Assembly (NCBI RefSeq): GCF_001194135.2
Contig: NC_068992.1
Coordinates: 6,259,712-6,323,711, forward strand
Length of the DNA: 64,000 bases
Direction: 5' to 3'
Source: Octopus bimaculoides
Taxonomy: Eukaryota
The notes under the pieces are model-generated. The model had not been told where the DNA came from. It made no database searches and saw only the letters and a program-made list of their open reading frames with translations. Positions 1 to 14,442 of this stretch are shown one piece after another (the stretch's first letter is position 1; every line of letters begins with the position of its first letter). Both the position numbers and the translations under genes were made by a program.

Positions 1-99
1 ATATATACACTTAGAGAGACACACCCACATTAGATGAACACACACACACACACACACACACATTCACAAACATATAGGTGCATATATATATATATATAT

Positions 100-146
<47 letters not shown>

Positions 147-248
147 TACGCATATATATACATATATATATTTATATAGATGTATACATATATACACACA
201 TATATATATATACATATATGTGTGTGTATATCTATATGTGCATACGTA

Positions 249-308
<60 letters not shown>

Positions 309-339
309 AGTACGTGTATGTGTGTGTGTGTGTGTGTAT

Positions 340-531
340 GTTCGTGTGTTTGTGTTTGTCCCTCAACATCGCTTGACAACCGATGTAGGTTTATTTACGT
401 TCCCGCCACTTAACGTTTCAGCATAAGGCACCGAGAAGATAAGTACTAGGCTCACAAAGAAGAAGTCCTGGGGTCGATGCGTTCGGTGCTCCACCATGGC
501 CGCAGTCAAATGACAGAAAAAAATAAAAGAA
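340..531 (+). mobile_element. SINE, 3' half (octopus tRNA-derived family whose head is seen at 43221)
   Basis: gtttgtccctcaacatcgcttgacaaccgatg...aagtcctggggtcgat...ccaccatggccgcagtcaaatgac. Matches the body after the internal microsatellite in the copies at 43221 and 60455. Confidence 0.8.
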
Positions 532-3500
532 TTTTAAAATACGTGTGTCTGTGTGTGTGTACAATGATTTATACCCAAAGCACACTCTCAGATTTGGCGT
601 GCAAGTAACATTTTATTTTTACACGTTGAAATACAACAGATCGCAGTGAAATACTACAAGTCATTTGGTTACTATCTTTACTAAGTATACTAATCGATTT
701 ACCGTGTACACATCATTCTTTTAAGTCTAGGCAAAATGCCACCTTTTGAATTGGAAATTGTCAAATCTAATCTATAAATAGATGTGTATAGCTGGTATAC
801 AATTTATAGCTCATATGTGTGTGTGTGTGTGTGTGTATCTGTGCGTGTGTGTCTGTGTGTGTGTGTGTGCCCGTGTGTGTATCTGTGTGTGTGTGTGACA
901 TATATGTATTCTCGATATTCCTTGAAGTAAGTAACTGTATGTGGTGTTTATTCTAGTGACATTTATTTATATTTTGTTTCTGCTTCTATAATATATATTT
1001 GTAAATTATTATATATTATAGTTTCGATGATAACATAGATAATTTAGATAATTTTAAATAGAAAATTTTATAATCATTAACTAGTGAATTTTATGATTCC
1101 AAAGTCATAAATTGTGTTTCCAACAAGCGTGCTTCGTGTTGATAAATAGACAGTAATGTTGTGCAGACTAGAAATAAGTGTTTGTCTGTTAGTTAGAAGG
1201 CGTTGGGAAGAATAGTATAGTACATTATCCTCAGCCGAGTACTTTGGCTGATAGTTCAAAAAGTTATCGACAGCACAAATATTTTTTTTTATTCTTTTTC
1301 TGGTTGTGATATGATTCTGCCGATCCAAAATCCTTTTAATTTCCGTTATATGCGTAAAGTAAAAAATAAAAAAAAGAAACAAAAATGGGTGAAGACATAA
1401 TTCGATAAAATTGACCTAATAGTCGGCTGGTATTTGCATTCATCGAAGCAAGAGCAACGAGCAATGAGCAATGAGACACCAGCGAATTTTTTACTTAAAC
1501 GTAATGAACCGGAAGAAAAATGCAAGGAATTAACTATTCTACCAGTCTACCGGTATATAAAACGGATGGTACAAGTCAGCTGTGAGCAAATTTAGTCGGC
1601 AGAAGCTCTGTTGATGTTCCCTGTATATAATTCTGTTGTGTCTCTGTTTCTCTGTTTGGCCCTCCCAAAACATCACAAGTTAAGGCAATTGATACAGGTT
1701 GATGGTGTGTACTTCACCTTCGATTTTCAGTGACATTGACCTCAAAATAGTCTTATCGAAATCAACCTATATTTGTCATTTAAACTTCAGATAATTGAAA
1801 TATCATATTTGAATGTTTTGTTACGCATGGATAGCTGCATTGTGGCTAAAGAGTGTTATGAGTTGTGAAAATTGTTGATTATAGAGAGAGTTCGAACGTT
1901 TTCTACCTCCACTCTCTCAATTTTAAGTAATTGAAATGAAAAGAGTGGGAGCCATGTGTATCGGTATGCAGAGGAATTAATCTATATCGAAACAGTGACA
2001 ATAAATTTTCTGTGCTAAAATTTTAATGCAAAATCTCCAAAATATTATTGACTAACATTGTTTTAACTTGTTCCATGAGTGAGTTATGAATAATTCTTGC
2101 AATAGATTATCATAATGACAGCAAAACAATCATTCTGATAAAATTGTTTTCAGATATATATATGTAGGCGTCTGTGTATATATACACACACACACACACA
2201 CACACAAACACACGCACACACACACACATACACACACACACACATACGCACACACATATAGACATATATATATGTAAGTGTGTATAATCATTTATATAAA
2301 CGACAGGTGTTTCTATAAGTGATACTGGTGTTGTTTCACCTGAAGTGTGCATTTATCGTTCAAATTTATTTTCACAAAATTCCAGAAAGAAACACTCAGC
2401 ATCTTCTTGCAGAAATTTAGTGTATTTTCGATAACACAATCCAAAGTTACCCCTTTGGGGATTGCTTTGTAATTTGATACAAATTTAGTCTCAATTTCTA
2501 GAAGGTGGAGCATTTGTTTACTATTTAGGATGTAGATACATTTGTACTGTAATTATTGATGTGAGATGATTATCATACAACTCCGATACTTTAATTAAAA
2601 CTCTTTTTCACATAAGAATCGCTTTATCAAAATCTACTGTGAAGCACATGTTTAGGTGTTACAACCACTGGTCCACTAATGACCAATAATAAAATATACA
2701 CTTTTCAATCGAAAAGGTATATATTTAAACACATGTATGAATACTGCAGGAGTGTTAATAAGCATTTGGATTGCAATTTCATGAAAAATTTGAATTTCTT
2801 TTAGTTCCCCTGTTGACTAAATCGTTCAAAGATATTTTATGAGGGCCGAAGATATCACAAATCATTATTTTAGAAACAACTTAATTACAATTCCATAACT
2901 TTGTAAAATGCATTTGTTTAAATATTCCACATAGAAAAAATGTTCAGTTAAAACGTACCAGACTGTAATTTTTAATTATTTTTTACGGATACCTTCACAC
3001 AAACTGTAAAATATTATAAAACAATATCTATTCGTTGTAATTGTGGAAGACTAAAGAAAGAAACCTGTGTCTAATGATTCCGAAACAATTTTTAAACATA
3101 TTTAAATCAAAGCCATGAAAGATGCCCAGATTGCTATTAATGATGTATGTGACACGGGATAGTGTTACGTCTGTCATATTCTGAAACACATTAAAATATA
3201 CAGGTATATGAAATGATGACACAATTTAAATACACTATAAATTTTCAATGTATTATAGAGTAATTTAGTGAGGCTCTAACATAAATCGAATTCATTTAGA
3301 ATCTAAGAAATTCCTGAAAATAAAATCTAGTCGATGACTATTTGTCTGCGTAATGTTATAATGTTAGAAAAGATGACAAGTCTTAATAGAAAATATAAAT
3401 GTTTGAAATGGATAATGATTGTTTTCGTTAGACAGGACTGTTGCATTAGTGATAAGATGTGGTAGAAACATGACATGTCTAACAATTTACATGAATTTAT

Positions 3501-4026
3501 GAAGAGAATTATAAGTTTTAGTTGGAGAGAATAAGAGAAATACTAATGGAAATAAACCATTTTAGGTAAATACATTCAACTTAGGTATAAATAGTCTGAA
3601 CGCAGTCTTGGTTTACGGTTTAATATGTCTCTTCACAAGTACGTATTTCCGTTTTTAATTTCCACTGAGCGGCATTTTTCAGAAGGGCATTTTAATATAA
3701 CATGAGGTTAACCTAAAGCTTGATAATGTGATTGTATTATTGTTATTTAAACCTGTAGGAAACCTGTCCATGTGACATATGCATAATCTGTAATGCAGAT
3801 TAACATTTGCAGTCCATTCGGAAAATTCAATTTGTGACAAACCTTATGATCAGGTCCCCGGTATGAAGAGACTAATCTCCCTTCTACAAACCACAACAGT
3901 CTTGAAGGCAGCGTAGAATAGTGTCATGTGAGTCATGCTACATTAAACTGGTGAGATAATGTTACATTTTCAGAGTAAAGAAGCTGACCACAGAAGTACA
4001 TAAAATTTAGTCTTTCTGAAATAATA

Positions 4027-4095
<69 letters not shown>

Positions 4096-7000
4096 NNNNN
4101 NNNNNNNNNNNNNNNNNNNNNNNNNNNNNNNNNNNNNNNNNNNNNNNNNNNNNNNNNNNNNNNNNNNNNNNNNNNNNNNNNNNNNNNNNNNNNNNNNNNN
4201 NNNNNNNNNNNNNNNNNNNNNNNNNNNNNNNNNNNNNNNNNNNNNNNNNNNNNNNNNNNNNNNNNNNNNNNNNNNNNNNNNNNNNNNNNNNNNNNNNNNN
4301 NNNNNNNNNNNNNNNNNNNNNNNNNNNNNNNNNNNNNNNNNNNNNNNNNNNNNNNNNNATATATCATAAATTGCATGACTACATGTAGCATGGTCAATTA
4401 CACTACAGTTATGTCTATTTTTAATAACTGCTGATATAAATGTTGCTTGATCGTATTGAGACAGACGTTGAGAGAGAGTGTGAAAGCGAAATATACTGAG
4501 ATTTACCGAAGGAGCTGAAAGAGGAGTACACGTACTGGGCTTTGTGCCAAATAATGAGTAACTCTACAACTAATGAACTCTATACAAACAGTGAAAAAGT
4601 GTGAGAGAAAGAATAATAGATAAAGAGACAGATTGACAAAGAAACAAGCAGAGAATGTGTGTACGTTCGCGCACACGACTGAAATTCCATGTCTACAGCT
4701 TTTTTCTTTTAGTCTTTGAATAATGTTTTATCTAATTGTCTTTTAATAAATATTATTCGTTTCATCATTTTGTATAAGCATCAAGGGATTTAATAAAAAT
4801 TAAATTATGATTAATTTATGCATACCATATTTCTTGGTATTATTCATGGTGACAAAATATACATCCAAACGTATCAATCGTATGACGATTAACATTCCAG
4901 TACTTTTATAATAAACCTACATTTCACACAAGATTATTTTCTTCCCGGCCTCGCGCAATAAATTAAAGAAATATATAGTGGAGGGAATATATGATGGGAC
5001 GCAATCCAGCCATGAATATCGAATCGTTTCGTCCCCAAAAATCGTTCTCCTACGCCTAGATTATGCAATATGCCGTGCATTTTTAAGACGTTAGTAGGTA
5101 AGTCAAAACAGAGACGGCTGCTCTCTCTAGCAGGCTGAGTAATCATGCAGGGTGCCTCTTAGTGTATCTCTAAGTTTCGTGAGGCAAGTGTAGAGTAGTA
5201 ATTTAAAATCCTGTCAAGCTCATTCTGTGACGCTGATGCCTTATATGGTGAAACATTTTGTCTTCCTCTTAAAATTTGCGATTCTGGTCCCCAGTCAATA
5301 CCTTGAGAAATGGGCTTCGTCGAAGGGATCAAGTGATTGTATTGCAATGATCTTTCCTTTCTCAGAGACTGAAAATGCAATCTCTGCACCTACCAATAAT
5401 ATATTACAACACCGCTCGCCATATCAACATGACTGCTGCATAGAAATTCCACTTTTTTGATAGATGGAAATATTACCCCAGGGATTGCTCCAAGTGAATG
5501 GACGTCCTGAACAGCAGAAAAATTATAGTTCAAAGACTGGCCTATTTCTTCACAGCCAAGAAAATATTGAGTACATCACAACTTATAGCCCTCTATATAA
5601 TAATCGGCACGTGATAGGGTGATTGCTCATTATTGCATTTCTCTTCTATGATCCTTATTTTCAGTTTCACCATATCAAATCCACTTTAAAAGTCAACAAC
5701 TATAACATATTTATCCCCTGCAATTATTGATGACCGCAGTGTGATAAAGATAGTGGAGTTTGATGCTGAGGCATCTTTGGTTAGAAAGAATATTTTATGA
5801 AAGGAAACACTCACATCGCTAGATGTCGGTCTTTATTGTGTGAAATCATATTAAATTATCATCACATAATCTGTTGAGAATATAGCCTACAATCTTCCAT
5901 CACAATAGCTTTTCTTCCCCCACTAACAGCAATTTCTATTAGGTATTATGGAGAAACGACATGCAAAAACATGGCATCCTTTTATTCCTTTCGTTTTATA
6001 TTACGAGTCAAGGAATGAAACTTTATCTGATCGTTCTTCTTACACGGCGTAGCAGTTGAATTTGCTGCATGTTACTTCTTCGTATGCCTTTTAAAAGGAA
6101 TTACGCATACAAAAAAATGTTCTTGATCTAGTGTATGAATTGAATAAGAAAACAATGATATATTCACTGTTGGTAGATCCTTTCATAATAAATCTGCCGG
6201 ATCTGAGGTTGATAACAACGAGTAAGACGATAATAACGGCTGCAAGAAAATAACGACTATGGGAACTAATGATGAAACACATCTCTAGTTCATATATGTA
6301 GAAATACTGACTAAATATATATGAAAAGAAAATATAGTCCTTTAACAAAAGTAAGACTATATTTGTTTATATATTCCTAAATGCTTTGAAAAAATAAAAT
6401 AATCCCAAAGAAGAGAACTTGACAGTTATGGCCAAAATGCACATGGCCAATGGTATGATGGGTTTAGAACCAATCTTGGGATAAGCAATAGAGAAGAATG
6501 TATTGGTAAAACATTTTTAGATAGATTATTTGAGAAAAAGATGCCTGAAACACATTTGATCGTTGTTCTGAGAGACTAAGATTGGCTTGTGTTTAAATAA
6601 GCAATAACAACATCAAAAACGTGAGACTTCAACATCCCTGTATTTAATTGCTACTTCAGTTTTTATTCCAGTTATTCACCAGCTTCAATTTGAACTGAAT
6701 TTCAGTCTCATTAACGTCATAACTTCACACAAATTCACCTACTCTCTCATTTACGACAATATAAAAGAGTGCGGACATTTTCTTTTATCAGCAGACCAAT
6801 TAACACACAATAAATTGTATAAATTCCTTCTTAACTCATTTATATTAAGATTTGTTTATATAATAGTGAATCACTCAAGCGCATTAATAATTACTATTCC
6901 GATTACTCACAACATCATTAAGTTTCCACAACATTATGATCCACAACATTATGATTAAATAAATAAGGAAACTTCTAATGACTGGAAATTCGTTACCATT

Positions 7001-7808
7001 TTAATGAGAATGGATACAAGCTATAGTGGAACAAGTATTAAATATAGATGGATGTATGACTTAGAAAACAGGAAAGAAAAAGAACGTAAAATTTAACAAC
7101 TAATTATTTTATCATTTTCTTTTATTGTCTATGAGTGCATTCGTCAACTTATGTTCATTTTTAAAATATACAACAGTATATGTCACTTAGAGCTTTTCTT
7201 TATAACACAATTGAAATTACTTTGATTGTATCCAGCTATAGTACAAGCGGTTTTGTAGATGCTCTGTTATTCTTGAAAGTTGTTGAAGTTATTATAGTTC
7301 GGAAGAGTCATCGTAGCCATTTAAAATAACACAAAGCTTCTGAATTCTCTTTCAATTTATTTCGGGAGGTGTCAAAATATGAACTGTGCAACAAGGTCGC
7401 AGTATTGCGAAGCAAAATTTGACATCTCATGAGATAAATTTAAAGTGAATTTGACAGTTTTGTGAATTGTTAAATGGCCAGAATATTTCTCCAGCGATAA
7501 AATTTCTTCATTTGTCCTTTCATGATATAAATGCGTCGGTTCTGTAATTATGCAGATCAGGTCACAAGTTAGACAAGTGCAACAACGAAATCCCTGAAAA
7601 TACTGCATTAAATATTCTTAAATATTCTGCGATGAATATTCTCAAAGATACCTGTTTCTATTTCGAAGATTTTTTTATGGACACAAAATTCAAGCTTTTT
7701 TCCTACAAAAGTATGTTATCTATAAACAATGTAATGAACTTTCAATACAAAGTACAAATTCCCTTCCCTCGCAAGCAGGTATGACTTGGTAATATGTAGA
7801 ATGGTTTC

Positions 7809-8022
7809 AGGGCGGTGAGCTGGCAGAATCGTTCGCACGCCGGGCAAAATGCTTAGCGGCATTTAGTCCGATTTACGTTCTGAGTTCAAATACCACCGGG
7901 GTCGAATCTGCTTTTCATCGTTTCAATGTTGATAGAATAAGTATAAGTTGAACAGTGGGCTGATTCCATCGACTTAGCACCTCCCAAAATCCGCTGGCCT
8001 TGTGGCAAAATTGAAAACCAAT
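7809..8022 (+). mobile_element. SINE (second octopus family, head ggcggtgagctggcagaatcgtt)
   Basis: tRNA-like head with B-box-like gagttcaaat. Similar copies at 39141, 39728, 43483, 49649, 49878, 56762 and 58685. Confidence 0.85.
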
Positions 8023-9769
8023 ATGTCGTATGATTTTACGAATTGCTTTACGTGCTAGTGTTGATGTGATCATCTCACCTTTGATCCAGTGTGATATTCA
8101 AGATGGGAAAAATGGGGAGACTGAGAACAACTGTCAGGTGACACTTATTGGTAGCTGAGCGTACTAGAACGATTCGAGATGAATTGTCTTACTCGAGAAT
8201 ATAACTCAATGCTTATTTCAGTGAATGAACCAACGACTAAATGATAATAAGCCGCACACTATAAACAGTAACCTACGCGAAAGTACGGTATTCCAGTCAT
8301 CCAGTTTAACTGAAAGTAATTGATGACCCTTCTTTTCGATTAAGTGCTTGGAATGAAAATTATTTTAATGACACACAGCTGATCTTATTAAAATCTCTCC
8401 CTGCTGGCCAACTTTCTTTTTTTCATTATAGAACATATAACTGAATGTCTCGCCTTTGTCTCCTAAACATTCAGAACCATACGAGATATTTAGCAATGTT
8501 CAACATGGACGCATGTATAAGCATATCTGTATAAATATATGGCATAATCCTTATAATACGAGAATGAAACACAAAATAATTATTGTATTTATAAGTATGC
8601 AAATATGTATTGTATATGTGCATTTGAATAAAAACACACGGCATAAGTAACATCATATAAATATAAAAGAAAATATGTATTGTGTATATATATATACATA
8701 CATATATACAGACAGACAGACAGATATGCACGCACACACATATTTTTGAATTTTTGCAATACGATTCTTAAACATTATTATATAAAAACATTAAACAAAG
8801 GAAAAGGGTTTATGTATGTCCTTTATATATGCATATCTTTATAGCCGTAAGGCATAAGCATCATAATGCATGTATGTAACAAAATAAGGATTGTTTAAAG
8901 AATGTCTTACATACACACTTCCTTGAGAAAATATCATAATATTTAATTTCAAAGAAATACAAAAACTATAAAAAAAAAACAAATATTTCTAGTGAGCGTT
9001 GCTTTGAAAAATCTCTCAAATTATGCGACGACTAATCTCTTTTTACTTCAAATATCAAATTACCATTTTATTTCAGACATTTTTTTTATTTTACTTTCTT
9101 TGAATGTTGCTATATTGACCCAGTTAGCTGGCATAGCAAAATGAAATTTACAAGAGAAACAATATACTTTTGAACTTTCTAGGAGACTCCCGGCAAAATA
9201 TCAACATTCTTGGATTTATTTATAAAATATTCTATGTCTGTTATGAATAAATTCATGTAATGTGAGAAATGCTACCCAGGGCTCTCTAAGAGCGTACTTG
9301 AATTGAACACAAAACATGGCTAAATATGACTGCTGGGCAAATTAGTGAGTTTACAGCTGGTGTCTGGTTTATTTACTATCACACAGAATTATTTTAATAT
9401 GATTTCCTTCTTATATAGACTCTGGGACTTTTGCAACTCCCATTGAGAATATAATCAGGAGACACGTGTCTGAAAATTTCTAACCTTATAAAGAGAATTT
9501 GGTATTTGTCACGAAAACCAGGATCAGAAAACCACAATTATTTTCTACACTATCATTATTGAAGGATAGAATATTGGCATGCAGTCCACTAATAATATGA
9601 CCAGAATAAACTAAAATTTCAGTAGAAATATAAATGAATAAGATACGGAGAGTGAAACATTAGAATGAACAAAAGATAGAGATTTAGACAAGCTGCCTAT
9701 AATTATGTGAATAATTGGAGAATCCAATTAAAAATTTGACTTCCAAAATTGAATAGTAAAAACTTTCTT

Positions 9770-9930
9770 CTTATAATTTGTCGACTTTTGTGGCAGCTTT
9801 GAAGAATTATTTTACTACAGTATCCGTGCAGACTGTAAATAACAGTCTACCGTTTCTTGATTTTGTATTGATTTTATTTGGTTCTAGACTGGATTAAAGA
9901 TACCTACATACACATATGTCCACAAGATGT
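9770..9930 (+). mobile_element. Possible highly decayed Penelope-like RT fragment
   Basis: Translates NLSTFVAALKNYFTTVSVQTVNNSLPFLDFVLI, resembling the FTxExExNNSLPFLD motif of Penelope RTs. Only one motif. Confidence 0.3.
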
Positions 9931-10317
9931 TATGCATGAATTGTTTTCTTTAAGTTAGCAAACCTTTTATGAACAGGGATCTGTATATATTTTTCTGGTT
10001 CAGCGAGTCTTGACAAATAAACTGAATGAAATCACTTACTCCATGCTTGTATGAGCGAAGATATTATATATGAAGAAAGGAAGTCTGAACTTAATATCAG
10101 TTTTGGAAAATACTCTATAAAATCAAATAAAGACTATCAGAAATCGAACTAGATTGCATAAATCATAACCTTACGGATTATATTTGACATCTTTAATTCT
10201 CAAAATCTAAAAGCAGATTTTTATAGGTGACCTGTTGTGGTTCACATATTTGCTAACACCGACACAGAATAGAAGTCTAAGCGTTATTGATATATTCTTT
10301 TTAAATATATGTTGTGT

Positions 10318-10385
<68 letters not shown>

Positions 10386-11158
10386 ACACACACACAGATG
10401 CATGTATGTATTTATATAATTATATATATGTGTGTTTGTGATTGTGTGTGTGTGATTGTGTGTGTGTGTGTGTGTGGGTGTGTGTTTGTGTGAATGAAAA
10501 AATAAGTAAAGAAACAATAATATTAAAAAATATATAAACCTATGCTGTTCATTTCATACCAAATATTACCAAAGTTGCATTGATTTGCAGTATATGCCAT
10601 GATTTATTGTATTTTAAAGTCTAGAAATAACAAAAAATAGAGGATGAAGATACCACTGTTTCCATAAAGTAAAAATACGACAAATTTAATTTATAGTTCT
10701 TTATAAACAATATATTTCGTAAGTAAATGGCCAATGAAAAATTCTAATAATGTCTGCTTCTACTGTATATGCTATTTGTTGGTATTAATCTTTTGTGGTT
10801 GTGGATAAAAGTACTCTAATCCGGTGTTACTCAAATATTGCTGAGAAATGTAAACTTTAATATCTACAATCACGGAGGAACTGAAGAGCCCTTATTCTTT
10901 TGCAGACAAATGGTTCGTATAAAGTATTCTTCCAAAAACTTGTAACAGTCCCTTTCGTAATATGTCAACATATTTTAGCAATGGCTATTTATTGAACGAC
11001 TAAGCTTTATTTCGGCCTGACCATGGACACAATTCAATACACATCATTTTATTGAGGTATACATGGAGACGCACAGTTGAGCGCATTTAAACACCTACGT
11101 ACGTATAAGCATAAGCATTTAAGCTTGCGCACATAAACAGACAGACAGGCAGACAAAA

Positions 11159-11213
<55 letters not shown>

Positions 11214-11884
11214 NNNNNNNNNNNNNNNNNNNNNNNNNNNNNNNNNNNNNNNNNNNNNNNNNNNNNNNNNNNNNNNNNNNNNNNNNNNNNNNNNNNNNNN
11301 NNNNNNNNNNNNNNNNNNNNNNNNNNNNNNNNNNNNNNNNNNNNNNNNNNNNNNNNNNNNNNNNNNNNNNNNNNNNNNNNNNNNNNNNNNNNNNNNNNNN
11401 NNNNNNNNNNNNNNNNNNNNNNNNNNNNNNNNNNNNNNNNNNNNNNNNNNNNNNNNNNNNNNNNNNNNNNNNNNNNNNNNNNNNNNNNNNNNNNNNNNNN
11501 NNNNNNNNNNNNNNNNNNNNNNNNNNNNNNNNNNNNNNNNNNNNNNNNNNNNNNNNNNNNNNNNNNNNNNNNNNNNNNNNNNNNNNNNNNNNNNNNNNNN
11601 NNNNNNNNNNNNNNNNNNNNNNNNNNNNNNNNNNNNNNNNNNNNNNNNNNNNNNNNNNNNNNNNNNNNNNNNNNNNNNNNNNNNNNNNNNNNNNNNNNNN
11701 NNNNNNNNNNNNNNNNNNNNNNNNNNNNNNNNNNNNNNNNNNNNNNNNNNNNNNNNNNNNNNNNNNNNNNNNNNNNNNNNNNNNNNNNNNNNNNNNNNNN
11801 NNNNNNNNNNNNNNNNNNNNNNNNNNNNNNNNNNNNNNNNNNNNNNNNNNNNNNNNNNNNNNNNNNNNNNNATACATATATACT

Positions 11885-11916
<32 letters not shown>

Positions 11917-12048
11917 TATATACACATATATATACATATATATATATATATACACACACACATATATATATAGATATACATGGATGTATTTTATGTACAT
12001 GTGTGCATGTGTAAATAATATATATATGTGGGGGTATGTTTGTGTATT

Positions 12049-12092
<44 letters not shown>

Positions 12093-12782
12093 AATATATG
12101 CTGTTAGGCATATATTTGGTAGTAAATCGCATAAAATAGTAATATGTAATTACAATAAATGTGAGTTGTAAATGTGTAAATATGCGATGGTTTATACTTC
12201 TGTGTTTCAATGCGTGTACTTTATGATATGCATGTATATTTAAAGACACACATAGGCATACAAAGATACATATACATATACATACATATATATACGATGA
12301 TAGATAGGGAAAGAGAGAGAGAGAGAAATGGAAAGAAAGGGAGATGCATACATGTGAGACAGGAAGACTTAGAAATAAAAAGATGTATAGGAATAACATA
12401 ATGGAAACTAAACTTCAGAGATCAGGTGAAATATGTGATGACATTGGAACCGGACATTTAATAGATTTGAATCATGTTTATCTGACACAGAAATATAAAA
12501 TATTCTTTGATTATCAAACATCCTGAGAGTAAGTATATCAACCTCTGCTGTATTTGTATTTGTACAGCACAAAACAGTAATATGTACGGCAATGAATGTC
12601 AAATCACGTGTTATGTAAGACATGCATGTATAGACTGAGTTACATTATAACTGCATTAATAAATTCAATTGCATCTCTCCTGCATTTTATGTGTGATCGA
12701 ATTATTTGGCGACTTCAGCTGTCAGCTCTACAACAAAGCCTCACCATAAATCTTTCAATGAAAATCATGGCTGTAATAAAAA

Positions 12783-12833
12783 TGGTGGTAGTAGTAGTAA
12801 CAGTAGTAATAATATGAAGAGGAAAAAGAAGGA

Positions 12834-12868
<35 letters not shown>

Positions 12869-12889
12869 AGATGATGAGGATGCTGATGC

Positions 12890-12926
<37 letters not shown>

Positions 12927-12927
12927 A

Positions 12928-12959
<32 letters not shown>

Positions 12960-13031
12960 GGTGGTGGTGATCACGACGATGATGATGATGATATAAACAA
13001 CAAGTACAACGACGACGACAACAGCAACACC

Positions 13032-13081
<50 letters not shown>

Positions 13082-13083
13082 TT
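12783..13083. repeat. Compound trinucleotide microsatellite (AGT/AAT/AAG/ATG/GGT/ACG/AAT)
   Basis: Directly visible; source of the poly-M/K/I/H/Y ORFs. Confidence 0.95.
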
Positions 13084-13139
13084 TCTTTTATTTGCCACCA
13101 GGACGAAGGATGAGGGGATAATACAAAGACAGACATAAA

Positions 13140-13620
13140 GTGTTGGGGTTTACATATAATGGAATGAGAAAATAAAACGAAGAGAAGTATATATATTATA
13201 CGACACTAGAAAAAGAGGGGGAAAATGAATCGTAATGGGGGATCCCCCTGATTCAGGAGGACCTCAAGGGATAATCAAGGAACCCCACCATTCAAGATCA
13301 TCCTGAGTACCAAGGACTAGAGCCCACTCCAACTTCTTTCTTCCGACTCACTGGTCTACACTGTGAGTGGGACCATCCACTCTTGCAATTTCTGCGACTT
13401 TCACCCACCTTTTGACAGCACCTCTATCTTCACTCTCACTTTCCTTTTCAAGTAAAACTTGAAAAAGTCGATGAGGGCTTTAACAAATTTCCGTCCTCGT
13501 TCCTTTTAGCCTCGTCCACCAGATAACCTCTTTCTCCGCAGCCACCAGAGAAAGGAAAAGTACCCTGCCAGCCCGATTTCACGAGCAGGCTGTTCCGTTG
13601 ATCGGATCAACTGGAACCCT
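13140..13620 (-). mobile_element. 5'-truncated Tx1/L1-like LINE: ORF2 C-terminus plus 3' UTR
   Basis: Minus-strand frames give VLFLSLVAAEKEVIWWTRLKG, ALIDFFKFYLKRKVRV and KRWVKVAEIARVDG, frameshifted. Resembles the C-terminal region of L1/Tx1 ORF2; GC is higher than the flanks. Confidence 0.6.
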
Positions 13621-14179
13621 CGACGTCGTAAGCGACGGAGTGCCAACAACAACTGCCATTGCTGCTGTTGTTATTCTTGTTTCTGCTTTTGTATCCGTTG
13701 CTGCTGCTGCTGCTGCTGCTGTCGCTATTATTCTTGCTCTTGTTGTTACCGCCACTGTTGTTCACTGTGGTAGCGTTGGTACAAGGTTTCCGATTTCGGA
13801 ATTTAAACGTGGCAACCGTTTCGGTTCTATGAGCTTTGCGAGAGTGCGTCTTTGACAGTCGAATCCTGCCTCTCTTTCCCCCCCCCCAGTTAGGTGGCTT
13901 TGTAAGCCGACGCCGTNNNNNNNNNNCCCCAGTTAGGTGGCTTTGTAAGCCGACGCCGTGTTTATGGGAAATGATTTCCAAATAAAAATTTGAAATAACT
14001 TTCAATGAAATCAATGCCAAAGTGTGAAGAAAGAGAGAGATCCAGCAACCGAATGGGATTCCGGTTAACTTGGCAATAAGATATGTGTTATTAAACAATA
14101 TACACTTCTAAGTATATAAACAGGCAGGCAATCTTACGAGATATATTTCAAAGGACATCTTGCCCGTACCAATATTACA

Positions 14180-14205
14180 CTACTACTACTAATACTACTA
14201 CTAAA

Positions 14206-14303
<98 letters not shown>

Positions 14304-14405
14304 CAGCAGCATAAAGATGACGACGACGACGATGGGGAATCCGTTGCTGTTGATGGCGACGATGTCGACAACGACGACGACGACGAAGATGATGATGGAG
14401 ACGAC

Positions 14406-14442
<37 letters not shown>
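14180..14442. repeat. Compound trinucleotide microsatellite (ACT/AAT/AGT/ACG/ATG)
   Basis: Directly visible; ends in (ATG)n in frame with the ORF that follows. Confidence 0.95.

Noticed and set aside
11-413. ORFs rich in YI/HT/CV dipeptides here and at 3933, 10207, 11049, 20041, 23537, 44194, 47682, 50602, 59135 and elsewhere
   Set aside because: Translations of dinucleotide microsatellites and N-gaps; not genes.
2313-2550. Minus-strand 69-codon segment between ttacag| and CAG|gtgaaa (YKCIYIL...DKCTLQ)
   Set aside because: No recognisable motif, weak donor, and a length expected by chance.
6091-6348. Hydrophobic minus-strand ORF (RYFLAAVIIVLLVVINLR)
   Set aside because: AT-rich random ORFs are hydrophobic by default; no family motif or splice support.
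7372-7595. Minus-strand terminal-exon-like ORF after tttcag|
   Set aside because: No partner exon or homology recognised.
14113-14120. TATATAAA upstream of the CARD-like ORF
   Set aside because: Too common in this base composition to call a promoter.
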